Of a stretch of DNA of 64,000 nt, positions 24,597-38,495 are shown piece after piece. Source of the DNA: Octopus sinensis (lineage: Eukaryota); contig NC_043011.1 in the NCBI RefSeq assembly GCF_006345805.1, positions 41,986,464 to 42,050,463 on the forward strand, written 5' to 3'. The notes below the pieces were generated by a model that searched no databases, was not told the origin of the DNA, and was given only the letters and a program-made list of their open reading frames with translations. Every line of letters starts with the position of its first letter. The first letter of the stretch is position 1. Position numbers and translations under genes: made by a program.

Positions 24597-25915
24597 TATC
24601 ATCATCATCATCGTTTAACGTCCGCTTTCCATGCTAGCATGGGTTGGACGGTTCAACTGGGGTCTGGCAAGCCCGAAGGCTGCACCAGGCCAGTCAGATC
24701 TGGCAGTGTTTCTACAGCTGGATGCCCTTCCTAACGCCAACCACTCCGAGAGTGTAGTGGATGATTTTATGTGCCACCGACACAGGTGCCAGACGAGGCT
24801 GGCAGACGGCCACGCTCGGATGGTGTTTTTTATGTGCCACCGACACAGGTGCCAGACGAGGCTGGCAGACGGCCACGCTCGGATGGTGTTTTCGGTGTTT
24901 TCTTATGTGCCAGACGAGGCTGGCGAACGGCCACGATCGGATGGTCTTTGTTACGTGCCCACAGCACGGAGGCCAGTCGATGCGGTACTGGCTATGGTCC
25001 CGTTCGGATGGTTTTCTTATGGTACCACTGGTACCACAAGGATACAAATTCCATTGATGTTCATCTATTTTTATTTGGTTTGATTTGATTTGATTTGATT
25101 TTCACTTGTCTCAACAGGTCTTCACAAGTGTCACAAGCAGGAAGGTATGCACAGGTGGACTGACTACGTCCCAGGTAGGGCCCACGGGTTATGGCTTCAC
25201 TAGTCTTGCCGGGTCTTCTCACGCACAGCATACTTCCATAGGTCTCGGTCTCTAGTCATTTCCATGGTGAGACCTAACGTTCGAAGGTCGTGCTTCACCA
25301 CCTCGTCCCAGGCTTCATGGGTCTACCTCTTCCACGGGTTCCCTCAACTGCTAGGGATTAGCACGTTCTCACACACCTATCTTCATCCATTCTCGCCACA
25401 TGACCATACCAGCGCAATCGTCTCTCTTGCACACCACAACTGATGCTTCTTAGGTACAACATTTCTCTCAAGGAACTAACGCTCTGTCGAGTAAGTACAC
25501 TGACATTACACATCCATTGGAGCATACTGGCTTCATTCCTCATGAACTTACGCATGTCCTCAGCAGTCACGGCCCATGTTTCACTGCCATGTAGCATGGC
25601 AGTTCGTACACATGCATCATACAGTCTGCCTTTTACTCTGAGCGAGAGGCCTTTAGTCACCAGCAGAGGTAAGAGCTCCCTAAACTTTGCCCAAGCTATT
25701 CTTATTCTAGCAGTTACACTCTCAGTGCACCCACCCCCACTACTGACTTGGTCACCTAGATAACGGAAGCTATCAACTACTTCTAATTTTTTCCCCTGGA
25801 AAGTGACGGAAGTTGTTTTCTGCAGATTTTCGGAGGTCAATGCTCCTGAGCATCTGCCACATACAAAAACTATCTTCCCAGTTCGCCTACCTTTGACATT
25901 GCTGCACCTCTTATG
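24597..25915 (-). mobile_element. Longest RTE LINE fragment in the window (about 1.3 kb, 5'-truncated)
   Basis: 196-aa ORF 25358-25948: LEVVDSFRYLGDQVSSGGG...RLYDACVRTAMLHGSETW...RRLRWYGHVARMDEDRCV. Also carries the 3'UTR hairpin array and (CAT)n tail. Confidence 0.93.
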
Positions 25916-27275
25916 TGTCCATGTGTTGTATATATCATTATAAAACATTAATCCTGGGAAAATGTCGAAAAATCAAAACTGAAAAAAGTATATCTTATAT
26001 TCCAACAAATACGGTATGTTGGAACATGATTGTGAGATGTAAAGCATTGAATATGAAAGATCTGGGGAGGAATGGAAAAAACCTGGAGGTATTTGTTGGA
26101 TGTGTAATGTTAACCTTTGTGAAAGGTGGAGCAGAAGCAAGGTGAGTGACTGATTGATAGGAAATAACACTCTACTGGTATGGACATGTGATTGTATGAG
26201 GAGTGTATCAGTGTATGACATCCACGAAGAAGGATAACCTGTGAAAAAGTGGTGGGTAGGTAGATGTTGGGTTCTCAGAAAAGGAAGGAAGATTGAAACA
26301 AATATTGATGTGTTGTGTGGCAGTTCTGACCAACACAGGCCAACAGGATTAAAATGCGTATCAGGCATCATAAGATTAAGATGTTGGATTGCCAGAATCA
26401 TCAAAGCATCAGATAAACTGTTTGTAGTATCAAGCAATGATCCTTTATGTTCTGATTTCAAGTTCCAAGACAAAGTAGCACTCAGTTACTGGATTAATGT
26501 AATATTCTTATAAAGCATCCTAGATGTGAATTGAATTACAATAAAATAACAACAACAATACTGTTATTTATTTTACCATCCCTTGTTCTAGTTCTCTACT
26601 ATTATCATCCAACTTCTAACTGAAGAATATAGAAGCAGAAACCTAGGAGGTTCCAAAATAGGTTTTCAATTGTAGTGGTTCTTACTCTTTTAGCTGCTTT
26701 AGTCAATGGGTTGTATCACCGATGACATTCACCACAATACTTGTACAAAGGAACTTGCTGAAAAGTTCCTGGCTTTAAGGGTATCACGAAAGTCCTGGTT
26801 GGAGGCCCAGCCTTCTGAGTTCTTTTACAGGGCTTAGGAAAAGTGAAGGACCACTGCAATAAGCCTGTGAATCTGAGATGTTGAATAAAATTATAATTAA
26901 CTGATCCTCCTGTGGTTTCTTTTACCTCAAGCCAGGATCTTTCCAGCACCTTAATTGCATTTGTTCAGTGCTCTACTCAGTGACATAACTTGTGTGTATG
27001 TGTTCTGCCTGGAGCAGCCCTTGAGTTTGCTGCACCTCACAGGACCTCTTACCTATACAGGCTTATACAACAGAGGTGCTTCTCCCATGAAGGCATTGCC
27101 CAGGATGGACCTTCCTGACCCTGCTACATTCTCAGCTCTTCTGATTCTGCCATACAACAGCTTTTTCTTCCTTTTTGTTTTTGCATCTTGTGAGAGAGAC
27201 AACAACAAATTTTGAATTGAGGCAAAACTGGGAGAGATATAGATTTAGGGAATGTGAGAATATTATAAAGTTTAC

Positions 27276-27368
27276 CTGAACAGACATTTCCTTATTTTGT
27301 ATTCCTGCTATGAACTGCTCATTTTTGTGTTCTGATATCATTATGTCAGAGAGTACTGGAGTTAAGTC
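27276..27368 (-). CDS. Integrin alpha exon, end of calf-2: DLTPVLSDIMISEHKNEQFIAGIQNKEMSVQ
   Basis: Acceptor TTTTATCCTCAG, donor CAG|GTAAAC. 93 nt, phase 0-0. Assigned mainly from splice signals and frame. Confidence 0.7.
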
Positions 27369-30300
27369 CTGAGGATAAAACAAAGAATATAAAGAAATTT
27401 TAAACAAAATTATGAAAACAAGAAGCAAATAATATGCATGCATTCAATTACACACATATATACACACACATAAGTATTGGAACACCTGATTCTAGAAAAC
27501 AGTATCTCAAATGTTATGGATATATCTATTTCACACATCATCATCATCATCATTTAGTGTCCATCTTCCATGCTGGCATGGGTTAGATGAGTTGGCAGGA
27601 GCTGGTAAGCCAGAGAATTGTGCCAACCTCCAGTCTACTTTGGCACAATTCTTACAGCAGGATGCTGCTTTTTCTAATGCCAACCACTTTACAGAGTGGA
27701 CTGGGTGTTTTTCACATGGCATCATATTTGGAAGAAAGGAGCATAGTCAAATCAATTGACCTTAGTGTACTTACTGGTACTTTTTTCCCCCCACATTCAA
27801 AGGATGAAAGGCAAAATCCTAGAATTTGAATTTGGAACATAAAGGGCTGTAACTAAATACCACAAGGCATTTAATTCATAACTCTACAGTTTCTGTCACA
27901 GCAAGCCTTTCTTTCTTGTCATTTTACTTTCACTAAGGTTCACATTTAGTCATGTCCATGTTGTTACTGCTAATGTGCCTTCAACAAACTGAATGAAATA
28001 TTTCCATGTTATGCTCCTTTCCTGTCCCCTTTTCCCTCACACCTTCTGTCCTATTCACCCTTATAATGTAGGATGTTCCCAGACAGTCTACACACAATTG
28101 ACCCTGACACTTGCTCACTCCACCTCCTCCCTTTCTCTATGATCCATGTCACTAATCCTTTCCCTTATCTTTGTCCCCCCCCCCGTCTTACTCCCCTACC
28201 CCATGAGTGACTACTGCCCTGTTACTCTCTCTACTACCATCCTATAACAACTATTAGTCTGTTCCTCTCATCTAACTAACATCTGACCACTTAGAATCAT
28301 CACCTGCCCCTCTTCTATCTTCTCTCAGTTATTGGAAAGCTTTATGCCTTAACCTTGCAAGTTACAAGGTGATCTTATCTGGTGCCACAAAGTAATCGTG
28401 CAGAGTGTTTGGCAGTAAGGAGGGCACCCAACCATAGAAACTATGTCAAAGTATACAGTGGAGCATGACAGTCTTCTGACAAATCAGACCCTGTCAAATA
28501 GTCCGACCCATTCCAGCATGGAAGCCAGATGTTAAATGATGTGATAAAATTTTGTAACGTGGAATATAGATGAAAGAGGAACTCCTTTCCTCTGTAGATT
28601 TTTGGTACAATTAAATAATTTCAGAGATATAAGAATATGTTGAGCCCAGTACATGGCTAAATGGTTAAGAAGTTCAGTTCGCAACAGTGTTTGAAGTTCA
28701 ACCCCACTGTGTGGCACCAGGGGCAAAAGTTTTCAACAATAGGCTTGGGGTCCTTGGGTTGTCCAAAGCCTTGTGTGTCAAATTTAAAGGACAGGAACTG
28801 TGGAAGGCTGTAGGAGGAGCCAGTTCTATCCTAGGATAATAGACTTCAGTGATCACCCATTGTGGGTCCACAGGTGCCTTTAGCAGTGTGTATTCCTTAG
28901 AAATGCCTGTCATTTCTCTTCCTGTCACTATCAAAAAATGCTTCAGAATTGAGGACATTAATATGAAGACATCTGATATTCTATCGTTTGTGCCACTGCA
29001 AACCAGTTTTTCTTTATACTATTTTTAATAAGCTTCACACCATATTCCTATCAACAGAATGTTGAGTAAAACAGTCCCCAACTGATGTGTATTGAATTGA
29101 ATGTGAAATGGACAAGTCAACACCAACCATTATGCCCTTGCATTGTCAGGGCTCTGTGGTTAAGAAGCTCACTTTGCAATCATGTAGCTGACGTTTCAAT
29201 CCCACTGCATGGTATCATGGGCAAGTGTCTTTTACCATAGACTTGAATCGAATCAAGTCTTGTCAGAAATTTTGAGGAAATCTGTGTGTGTGTAAGGGGA
29301 TGAGCAAAATCAATAAATAAAATAAAAATACTTTGTGATATTTAGTTATGTCCCTTTATACCCCAGATGACATAGCTTTTCCATCTTACATAGGTTGAAA
29401 AGAAATAAGTACCAGGCAAGGTACTATAGTGGTGATATAATCACTAAAACCTTTGAAGGTGGTTCTCTCCAGTATGGCCATAGTATAACAAATGAGACCA
29501 GTTATAAATAGAATAATCTAAAATGAGAACCAGAGTCAAGATCCAAAAGCAAGATGGTTCTGTATGATTGGTGAATTTCAATTGATACTAAGCACTCACA
29601 AATTCTTCTGGTTCTGCTTAGGTTTATTGAAGCAACATGGAATAATGTCTACAGAAACGCAACAAAAGATTGCAGTCCAAGGTTGAGGGGATTGGGAACT
29701 CTGTTCTGAGACAGAATACTGGAATGGCTTTGTGTTACCAATTTAGACTCATAGATCTTGGACTAAACACTGTAAAAATATTGGGCAAGTGTCTTCTTTA
29801 GCTGGAGAGTAAATTTGGTTGGCAGAAATTTATGAAAGTCTGTCATGTGTGTGGGTATATATGTACATATATATATATATTTATATATGTTTTAAAAAGA
29901 TAATAGAAACTACACGTGGAAAAAATATGGGGGAAGTAAGAAGAAAAAAAGTGAAAATGCACATTGGATATCAAAAAAAAAAACAGGCTTTTTTTATGAA
30001 AAGTAACAATAAATATATACAATTAGATGAACTGAGGTAGAATTAAGAGGAATAAAAGTCATCATTATGAATTGTTAAAGGGATTCAAAGTAATACTGGT
30101 TATATATATATATATATATATTTTATAAAACAAATGATAGAGACACCAGATAGCCATAGAAAGTGAATGTGCTTTATTGGTGTACTATTAGGAACATACC
30201 TAACACTTAAATATTCGTTTCTACTCTAGGCACTAGACACAAAATTTTGGGTAAGTGGACTAGTTAATTAAATCGACCCAGTACGCAACTGGTACTTAAA

Positions 30301-30527
30301 TTATGAACCCCGAAAGGATGACAGGCAAAGTCAACCTCGGCGGAATTTGAACCAACACTTAAATATTAACCTATATATATGTTTGTGTGTGTGAATACAA
30401 TTGTTTGTTTGTATTCCACCTGCCTTCGTCTTTTGTTTATTTCCGTAAACCTGCCTTCGTCTTTTGTCTATTTTCATAAAGCTTCCCGTTATATATATAT
30501 GTATGTATGTATATATGTGTGCGTAAA

Positions 30528-30826
30528 GGTGCCTGGCTTAGTGGTTAGGGCATTCAGCTCAGGATCATGAGGTCTTGAGTTCAATTCCCAGCGATGTATT
30601 TATTTTCGCACTTCTCCAGTCCATTCAGCTGGCTAAAATGAGTAGTACCTGTATTTCAAAGAGACAGCCTCGTCACACTCTGTGTTACACTAAATCTCCC
30701 TGAGAACTGCATTAAGGGTACACGTGTTTGTGGAATACTCAACCATTTGTATGTTAATTACATGAGCAGGCTGTTCCATTGATTGTTTCAGCTGGGACCC
30801 TTGTTGTCATAACCGACGGAGTGTCC
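30528..30826 (+). mobile_element. tRNA-headed SINE
   Basis: A box TGGCTTAGTGG and B box GAGTTCAATTCC. The body recurs in reverse at about 48300-48530. Confidence 0.8.
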
Positions 30827-30954
30827 TTTCATATATACACACACTAATATACTTACATGCCTCTTAACCTTTATACCTTTACATGTACACACATATATTT
30901 GCATCCATCCATACAGACATACATACATGCATACACACACATATATACAAATAT

Positions 30955-31335
30955 GAAAATCAAAATCAAAATCGAAATTGATCAACATCAATGGAAATTG
31001 CAGCTGTGATACCAGTGCCGGTGGTACGTAAGAGAACCATCCAAACGTGGCCGTTGCCAGCGCCGCCCTGACTGGCCTCGTGCCGGTGGCACGTAAAAAG
31101 CACCATCCGATTGTGGCCGTTTGCCAACCATGTCTGGCACCTGTGCCGGTGGCACATAAAAAGCACCCACTACACTCACGGAGTGGTTGGTGTTAGGAAG
31201 GGCATCCAGCCATAGAAACATTGCCAGATCAGACTGGGCCTGGTGCACCCTTTTGGCTTCCCAGACCTCAGTTGAATCGTCCAACCCATGCTAGCATGGA
31301 AAGCGGATGCTAAACGATGATGATGATGATGATGA
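30955..31335 (+). mobile_element. RTE 3'UTR copy with 3 hairpin units
   Basis: Family consensus with an (ATG)n tail. Confidence 0.88.
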
Positions 31336-33812
31336 TATACATACATATATACATACATACACATATACATACATACATATCCATATATACATGTACATTC
31401 ATACACACATACAAACACACAAACACACATATATATATACACATATGCAGGGAGCTGTCCAGATTCCAACTGGTTTCCATTAACAGCCAAGTGTGTTTAG
31501 TCAGAAAGAGGGGGACATTCAGGAGTAAAAACAATAGCTACAACAGATACACCAACACACACACAAGCAAACATTGGAAAATGGATGTAAAACAGAAGAA
31601 ATAAACAAAAAAGACTTTACTTTGTAGAAATGGAGATGGTTTGTATCCCATCACTGATATTTTGTTGTATGTATTAATTCAAAAGTTACTTAACACACAC
31701 ACACACACACACACACTCTCTCTCTCTACCAACAACGACTGAACTGTGAAATCAGGAATGGAACCTGTTATTCAGTTTTTGGTAACTGTTGCAAGTTATG
31801 TGATAAAACCACATGGTTCTGGGTTCAGTGCCATTGCTTGGCACCATGGGCATGTGTCTGCTTCTATAACCCTGGACCAGCCAAAGCCTTGTGAATGGAT
31901 TTGGCAGACTGAAACTGAAAGGAGCCCATTGTGTGTGTCTTTGTCCCCTACCACAGCTTCACAACCATTGTTGGTTTGTTTACATCCGTAACTGAGCAGT
32001 TTTGCAAAAGAGACAATTAGAATAAGTATTGGTTTAAAAAGAATAAGTAAATGGGATCAATTTGTTCATTTAAATTCTTTAAGGCAGTGCCTTAACATGG
32101 CCACAGTCTAATGACAAACAAAATGGACAAAAAAAAGATGGACAGGGTACAATGGCCCCAGAAATATTTATTTCTTTATTGCCCACAAGGGGCTAAACAT
32201 AGAAGGACAGACAAAGGATTAAGTTGATTACATCGACCCCAATGCGTAACTGGTACTTATTTAACTGACCCCGAAAGGATGAAAGGCAAAGTCAACCTCA
32301 ATGGAATTTGAACTTAGAATGTAATGGCAGATGAAATACCGTTAAGCATTTTGCCTGGCGTGCTAACGATTCTGCCAGCTTGCTGTCCCAGAAATATTGG
32401 TAAGAGTTGAGCTACCATGACCAATAGACTTTCCTGCCATGACAATCCCATCTTTTTTGTACATTATCCAATGTGTTTTTTTTTTTTAAATGAACGGTAG
32501 GATATGATTTGAAGGAGATATGACTATTTTTTCTAGCATGTGGTTTTCAAGCAAACATGTAGCTGCTTTATTGTTAGCTCATAAACTTATGACTTAAAGT
32601 CCAACATCTTAACTCTGCTGTCATTCTGCTTCAAAATATAAAAGAACTCAGTAATGGAGAAGAAAACTAATTAACAAATCAAATTAGAAAAACAAATGGG
32701 GCAGAGATTGTGAATTTGATACAGAGGTTCAGAAATCATTATTTTAATGTCCATTTTTTCCATGCTTGCATGGGTCAGATAAAATTCATAGAGGTGTATT
32801 TCTTATAGCCAGACACCCTTCTTATCACCAAACTTCACTTGTTTCCAAGGTAATATTTGCCCATGACTGAACATGTTTTCATGGATGGTTAGAAACAAAC
32901 AAATGGCTTCACTTGTATAACAGCAACACTTGTTTACAACTATCACCCAATGTTAAGATAAGGTGGCACTACCACACACACATAGCTGACCGACTTCTTT
33001 TAGTTTCCATCAACCAAATCCACTCACAAAGCTTTGGTTGGTCTAGGGACCGTGTGGTCAAGGAACCAATGAGACAACCACAGACAACATGATTGAGAAA
33101 CAAATTTATTAACCTCACAGCCTTGTTTGCACCTAGGAAGAATAAATCCCCTGATATTTGGCTCAGACTAAATCCAAATTGTTTTGTGATTTAGTGCTCC
33201 CAAATCCTTTAAGAATATTCCAATGTAGAGATTTTGGTTTATACTCCTGGAATTGCAAGAGTTCTAAAAATGTTTCTGATGAGGACAGCTGCATAAGGAA
33301 GTGCTGAGCTCTAATCATGGAGGGAACCTGTGGAAGTAGTAGACCCAGGAAGATGTGGCACAAAGTGGCGAGAAAGGATCTTCGGATGATGGGCCTCACT
33401 GACAAGGGACCAGGAGTTGCATTGATTTGCTGTACATGATAAGATGCATCAAGCCAAGTAAAATCGCTGTCCTCCATACATATAAGCTTGTCCTTTACGG
33501 GTGCCAGTGCCATATAAGATACACATGTGCCAGTGATGCATAAACACCAAGTGTGCCAGAGGCACATAAAAAGCAACTACCACACTCTCAAAAGTGGTTT
33601 GCATTAGGAAGGGCATTCAGCCATAGTAATCATAACACAACAGATAATCAGAGCCTGGACAGCTCCTGTCAAACCATCCAACCCATGCCAGCATGGAAAA
33701 CAGACATTAAATGATGATGATGATTTCAGGAATGCCTGCTTTTAATGCAATATTAAAGTATGGTAATAACAATTGAAAAAGCAAGAAAAATAACAAAGGT
33801 GTCAATACTTAC

Positions 33813-33932
33813 AGAATCTGTAAAATGAGTGAAAAGTTTTAGCATTATTTCTACATTAAATGATAAAGATGCTGAAAAATTAAGTACTTCACAGTTGAAT
33901 CGAAATTCTTTCTGATTTCTCTCCAGCTTCGA
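33813..33932 (-). CDS. Integrin alpha exon, calf-2: SKLERNQKEFRFNCEVLNFSASLSFNVEIMLKLFTHFTDS
   Basis: Acceptor TTTTTAATATTTTCAG, donor TCT|GTAAGT. 120 nt, phase 0-0. C-x-V/I-x-x-F/L pattern of calf-2. Confidence 0.82.
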
Positions 33933-34372
33933 CTGAAAATATTAAAAAAGAAATTTTTTTCATAACTACTAAATCAGTAAATGATCATGTACCCTAATCT
34001 ACTGGGTTTTATGTAGGGCCTCACTTAAAGACTATCACCATAGACTATATCCAAGGCAAGTCTCAACCCTGTACTGCCTATCCTATTTTATGCAACAGTA
34101 AGTTTTTGAATACCAAAAGTTAAGCGAGGACCCCAGAGTTGTCAGCATCGTTCTAACATCCACTTTTCCATGCATGCATGAGTGAGATGGAATATGTCAA
34201 GGAAGATTTTCTACAGCCAGATGCAAGCATTGAAATCCAGTCCCCATTTTGTCCTAGGCTACAGTTTTACTTCCCGTGGTTGGGTACTGATCACATTAAT
34301 TTCACTATGTAGGAGAAGGACAACGTTACAATGTTTCTGTTATAGCAGTGAACATTCTCAGTGGTTATTTAA

Positions 34373-34594
34373 CCCCCCAGCATTCAGATTACTCTGTGAA
34401 ATGTAATACTTGTTTATTCACAATGTTTTGAGTTAATCCTGGATTATCTCATAGCTTCAAGATTTTGATGATGTGATTGTTTAATTTTTTTGAATGACAT
34501 TGCAGGGTAAGAGTGAGATGCCAGATGTGGCTAGTTTGAACATAAAACAGGTAGAATATTTGGACTGGATTTGACCAGTTTAAATGCTAAGGGG
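34373..34594. mobile_element. piggyBac-type (TTAA) MITE, family 1
   Basis: TTAA-CCCCCCAGCATT ... AATGCTAAGGGG-TTAA. The cleanest copy is 52838-53057 (CCCTTTAGCATT / AATGCTAAAGGG, TTAA on both sides). Degenerate copies at about 45491-45710 and 61454-61640. Confidence 0.85.
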
Positions 34595-34892
34595 TTAATT
34601 CTTGTATCAGTACTCTTTTTAACCATTCCATGACTGCATATCTAAAATAATGGCTTTCCCTCTCTCCCATCTCTGCTGCATTTTGTGATAATACCTTATA
34701 ATAATTAGTAAAAATGGTTTTAATTATTAAGATTGTAAACATGTTAATTTCATGGTTTGGCCAAAGACAGGTTACTCTTTCACCATTGTAAGATTATTTA
34801 CCATTAAACAACTGGAAAGTTTTATATTTTTTTTCTACTTTTTTTTTCTTTTTTGTTTGAATGTAGGTTTGAAGAGGTACAGAAAAACTTAC

Positions 34893-34934
34893 CTCATTAC
34901 AACTTAGTAGTGGATCTTTTTCTTTTTGAGTGAG
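34893..34934 (-). CDS. Integrin alpha 42-nt exon, calf-2: LTQKEKDPLLSCNE
   Basis: Strong acceptor TTATTCTTCTTCAG and donor GAG|GTAAGT. Phase 0-0. Supplies a calf-2 cysteine. Assigned from splice signals and frame, with weak motif support. Confidence 0.7.
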
Positions 34935-35018
34935 CTGAAGAAGAATAACACAAATGTTATCAATACAGTTTCATATTGCCACTAGATTTGATGTGTTGTG
35001 GCAATAAGTGTCGAAGTC

Positions 35019-35200
35019 GACATGGGCAAAAGAAAGATGACATGGGCAAAATAAAGACGACGTGGGCAAAAGAAAGATGACATGGGACGTGGGCAAAAGA
35101 AAGATGACATGGGCAAAAGAAAGATGACATGGGCAAAAGAAAGATGACATGGGCAAAAGAAAGATGATATGGGTAAAAGAAAGAAGACATGGGTAAAAGT
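35019..35200. repeat. 20-bp minisatellite (GACATGGGCAAAAGAAAGAT), about 9 units
   Basis: Direct reading; period 20, with one 7-nt partial unit at 35079-35085. Confidence 0.95.
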
Positions 35201-35474
35201 AGTGAGGTTGGATTTTGTGGTGTTGGATCTCATAAAGGTGATCAAGAAGAATGATGATACACCAGTCTGCAAACTTGACAAACCAATACCTCCAATGAAA
35301 AACAAATAATGAAACATAAATGATGATGATTTTTGTGGTAAGAAGCGTGCTTCCAAACCATACAGTTCCAGGTTCAGCCCCACAGTGTAGCACCTTGGTC
35401 AAGTGTCTTCTATAATATACATAGGCCGATCAAAGCCTTGTGAGTGGATTTAGTAGACAGAGACTGAAAGAAGC

Positions 35475-35531
<57 letters not shown>

Positions 35532-36012
35532 GTGTGTGTCTGTCTGTGTTTGTCCTCCCGCCATTGATTACCAACCCATGCTGGTGTTAATATCCCCTGT
35601 AACTTAACAGCTCGGCAAAAGAGACTGATAGAATAAGTTTTAGGCTTGCAAAGAATAAGTCCTGGGGTTAATTTGTTCAACTAAAGGCGGTGCTCCAGCA
35701 TGGCCGCAAACAATTGCCTAAAACAAGTAAAAGACTAAAAGAATATGTGTATGTGTGTGTGCATTATCAGCTTTTTACATCTGCTTTTAATGCTGACAGG
35801 GGTTGGATGGGTCATCACAGATTCATTTCTTTTTTAGAGTTACTGTCCTCCTAGACTGTTTGGAAGACTATGTGTTGCTCAAAATAATTAATTTTTCAGG
35901 CATGGTTTCTATGACTGATTGCCTTTCCAAACACCAACCCCTTTACAATGTCTACAGAGGACATTTTATCATGACACTAAAACTATTTAAGCCATCATAT
36001 CTTCAAACAGAC

Positions 36013-36488
36013 TTAATGCTTTTGATACCAATTTATCTGAAACTGCCTCTGGCTCTGTAGTACAAATGTCTCGTTTTCATAAGTTCTGAATTAAAATTTT
36101 CCACCAAACCTGGGTCACAATTTATGTTCCTAAGACTTGCTTAATGATAACTAAGTTATTTTACTAAATTCTTTGTTATATTTAAAATTAATTGAAAGAA
36201 AAACAGAGCATCTCAACAGAAATATGATAACAAAAGGGTTAAAGTCACCATGATATTTTTAACCGTTTTGATACCAATTTGTCTGAAACTGCCTCTGGCT
36301 CTGTAGTACAAATGTTTTGTTTTCATAAGTTCTGAATTAAAATTTTCCACTAAACCTTAGTCACAATTTATGTTCCTAAAACTTGCTTAATGATAACTAC
36401 GTTATTTTACTAAATTCTTTGTTATATTTAAAATTAATTGAAAGAAACACAGAGCATCTCAATAGAAATATGGTAACGGAAGGATTAA
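36013..36488. mobile_element. Two tandem piggyBac-type MITEs (family 2) separated by 16 bp
   Basis: Units 36013-36242 and 36259-36488, each TTAA-[CT]..TTTTGATACC ... GTAAC..AAGG[GA]-TTAA. Related copies at about 43770-43930 and 49140-49330. Confidence 0.85.
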
Positions 36489-37740
36489 AGGTCTTCTCAA
36501 CCTTATGCTGTCTCTGTTTGCTAGCCACTTTACAATATGTGCTGGGTATATTTTATTGTGGCCTTAACTCTATTATGGTTGTTTTGTACTCTTCAAGACT
36601 ACTGAGTTGTTTCTACAGGGTGTCTGTTCATTCAAGGTAACATGATTGAATGAACAAGGACTACAAGACATTTATACTTTGTCTTAGATATATAAGACAA
36701 GGTATAAATGGAATGAGAGTGTAAAGGGAGAAACAGCATTGGTAGGATTTATAGGAGACGACAGGTGATACTGAGGTTAGAGATAGTGATAGGAATTGTG
36801 AAAAGCACTGGTGTGAGTGCTGGTACCATGTGAAAAACACCCAGTACACTCTGTAGAATGGTAGGCATTAGGAAGGGCATCAAGCTGTAGAAACTATTCC
36901 AAAGCAATCGAGCATGGTGTGCCCCACTGGCCTTGCCAGTTCCTATCAAGCCATCCAACCCATACCAGCATGGAAAACAGGCATTAAATATTGAGGTATG
37001 TTGTTTGTATGTAAATTATTTCTTGTTGCAGTCATTAGGCTGTGGCCATGCTGGGGTAACACCTTGAAGAATTTTTAGTCAAATGAATCAACCCTAGTAC
37101 TTATTTTTTTTTTACACATGCACACACATACACAGTGGGGTTCTTTCAGTTTTCGTCTACCAAATCCACTCACAAAGCTTTGATTGGCCCAAGGCTATAG
37201 TAGTAGAAGATACTTGCTCAAGCTTCCATGCAGTAGCACTGAACCTAGAACTGTGTGGTTGGGAAGCAAGCTCTCTGAAGAAATGCACAGGGCTTACATT
37301 GAAAAAGAAATGTATAATAATATGAGTTCATTTCTCATCATCATTTAATATCCATTTTCCATGCTGGCATGGGTTGAAACAACCATATTGATATTCATGG
37401 AATGTGTTCTCCATGTTATGTGGAAACAACCATAATCAAAGACACACACACACTGGCCTGCTACACAGTTTGTTAACCAAATTTTGTTCACAAGCTTGAG
37501 GCTATTGGAGAAGGCAATTGCCCAAAGTACTGTGCATCGGGATTGAACCCAGAACTATGTAATTGTGAAGTAAACTTCCTACCACACAGCCATGCTTTCA
37601 CCAATGTGTATGTGTGTGTGTATGTGTCTGTTAGTGTATGCTTGTGTAAATGCAAAATATCCGTGTGTGGATGCATATGCAAATGCATGCACACACGACA
37701 TGCAATGGTTGTACTTTCATCAATGAATCCATTTTCTTAC

Positions 37741-37939
37741 CTTCAAAGTAGCATTTACAACAATTCTTACAGATTTCCTTTTGATCTCCTGATAGATGGT
37801 TTTCACACTCCCAGAAAACCAGACTTTTGTGATGTCACTTGGTCCTTTATTATAGAAAACATATTTATGTGCAACACTTCGTATTCCTGAATTTTTATTT
37901 CTTTTATCACTGACTACAATGAATGCGGGTTCCGATGAC
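37741..37939 (-). CDS. Integrin alpha exon, calf-2 start: (G)SSEPAFIVV...HKYVFYNKGPSDITK...VVNATLK
   Basis: G-x-S-x-P and H-x-Y-x-x-x-N-x-G-P-S motifs. Acceptor TTTCTACAG, donor AAG|GTAAGA. 199 nt, phase 2-0. Confidence 0.93.
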
Positions 37940-38119
37940 CTGTAGAAAGACACAAACTAAAATTACTTTCTTGTTCTTGTTTAGTTTTATTTCACTTTCT
38001 TCAGGTTTACCATCAGATTTGGGTTTGTTACCCACAGCATACCATGCACTCTCTTATGCATACATGCATTCTCACATACACACATGCATACACTCTCACA
38101 GACACATGCACTCTCACAC

Positions 38120-38495
38120 ATCATCATCATCATCATCATCGTTTAGCGTCCGTTTTCCATGCTAGCATGGATTGGACGGTTCAACTGGGGTCTGTGTCAG
38201 ATCTGGCAGTGTTTCTACGGATGGATGCCCTTCCTAACGCCAACCACTCTGTGAGTGTAGTGGGTGCTTTTTACGTGCCACCCGCACAGGTGCCAGACAG
38301 AGCTGGCAAACGGCCATGAACGATGGTGCTTTTATGTGCCACCGGCACGGGGGCCCGGCGAGGCTGGCAACGGACACGAACGGATGGTGCTTTTTACATG
38401 CCACCGGCACGAGGCCAGTCGGGGCGGCGCTGGCAACGGTCACGAACGGCTGGTTCTCTTACATGCCACCGGCACTGGTAACACATCTGCAATTT
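38120..38495 (-). mobile_element. RTE 3'UTR copy with 4 hairpin units
   Basis: Family consensus. Confidence 0.88.

Noticed and set aside
25973-26513. 166-aa and 90-aa overlapping ORFs
   Set aside because: They partly overlap a decayed RTE fragment, with no recognisable domain or convincing splice signals.
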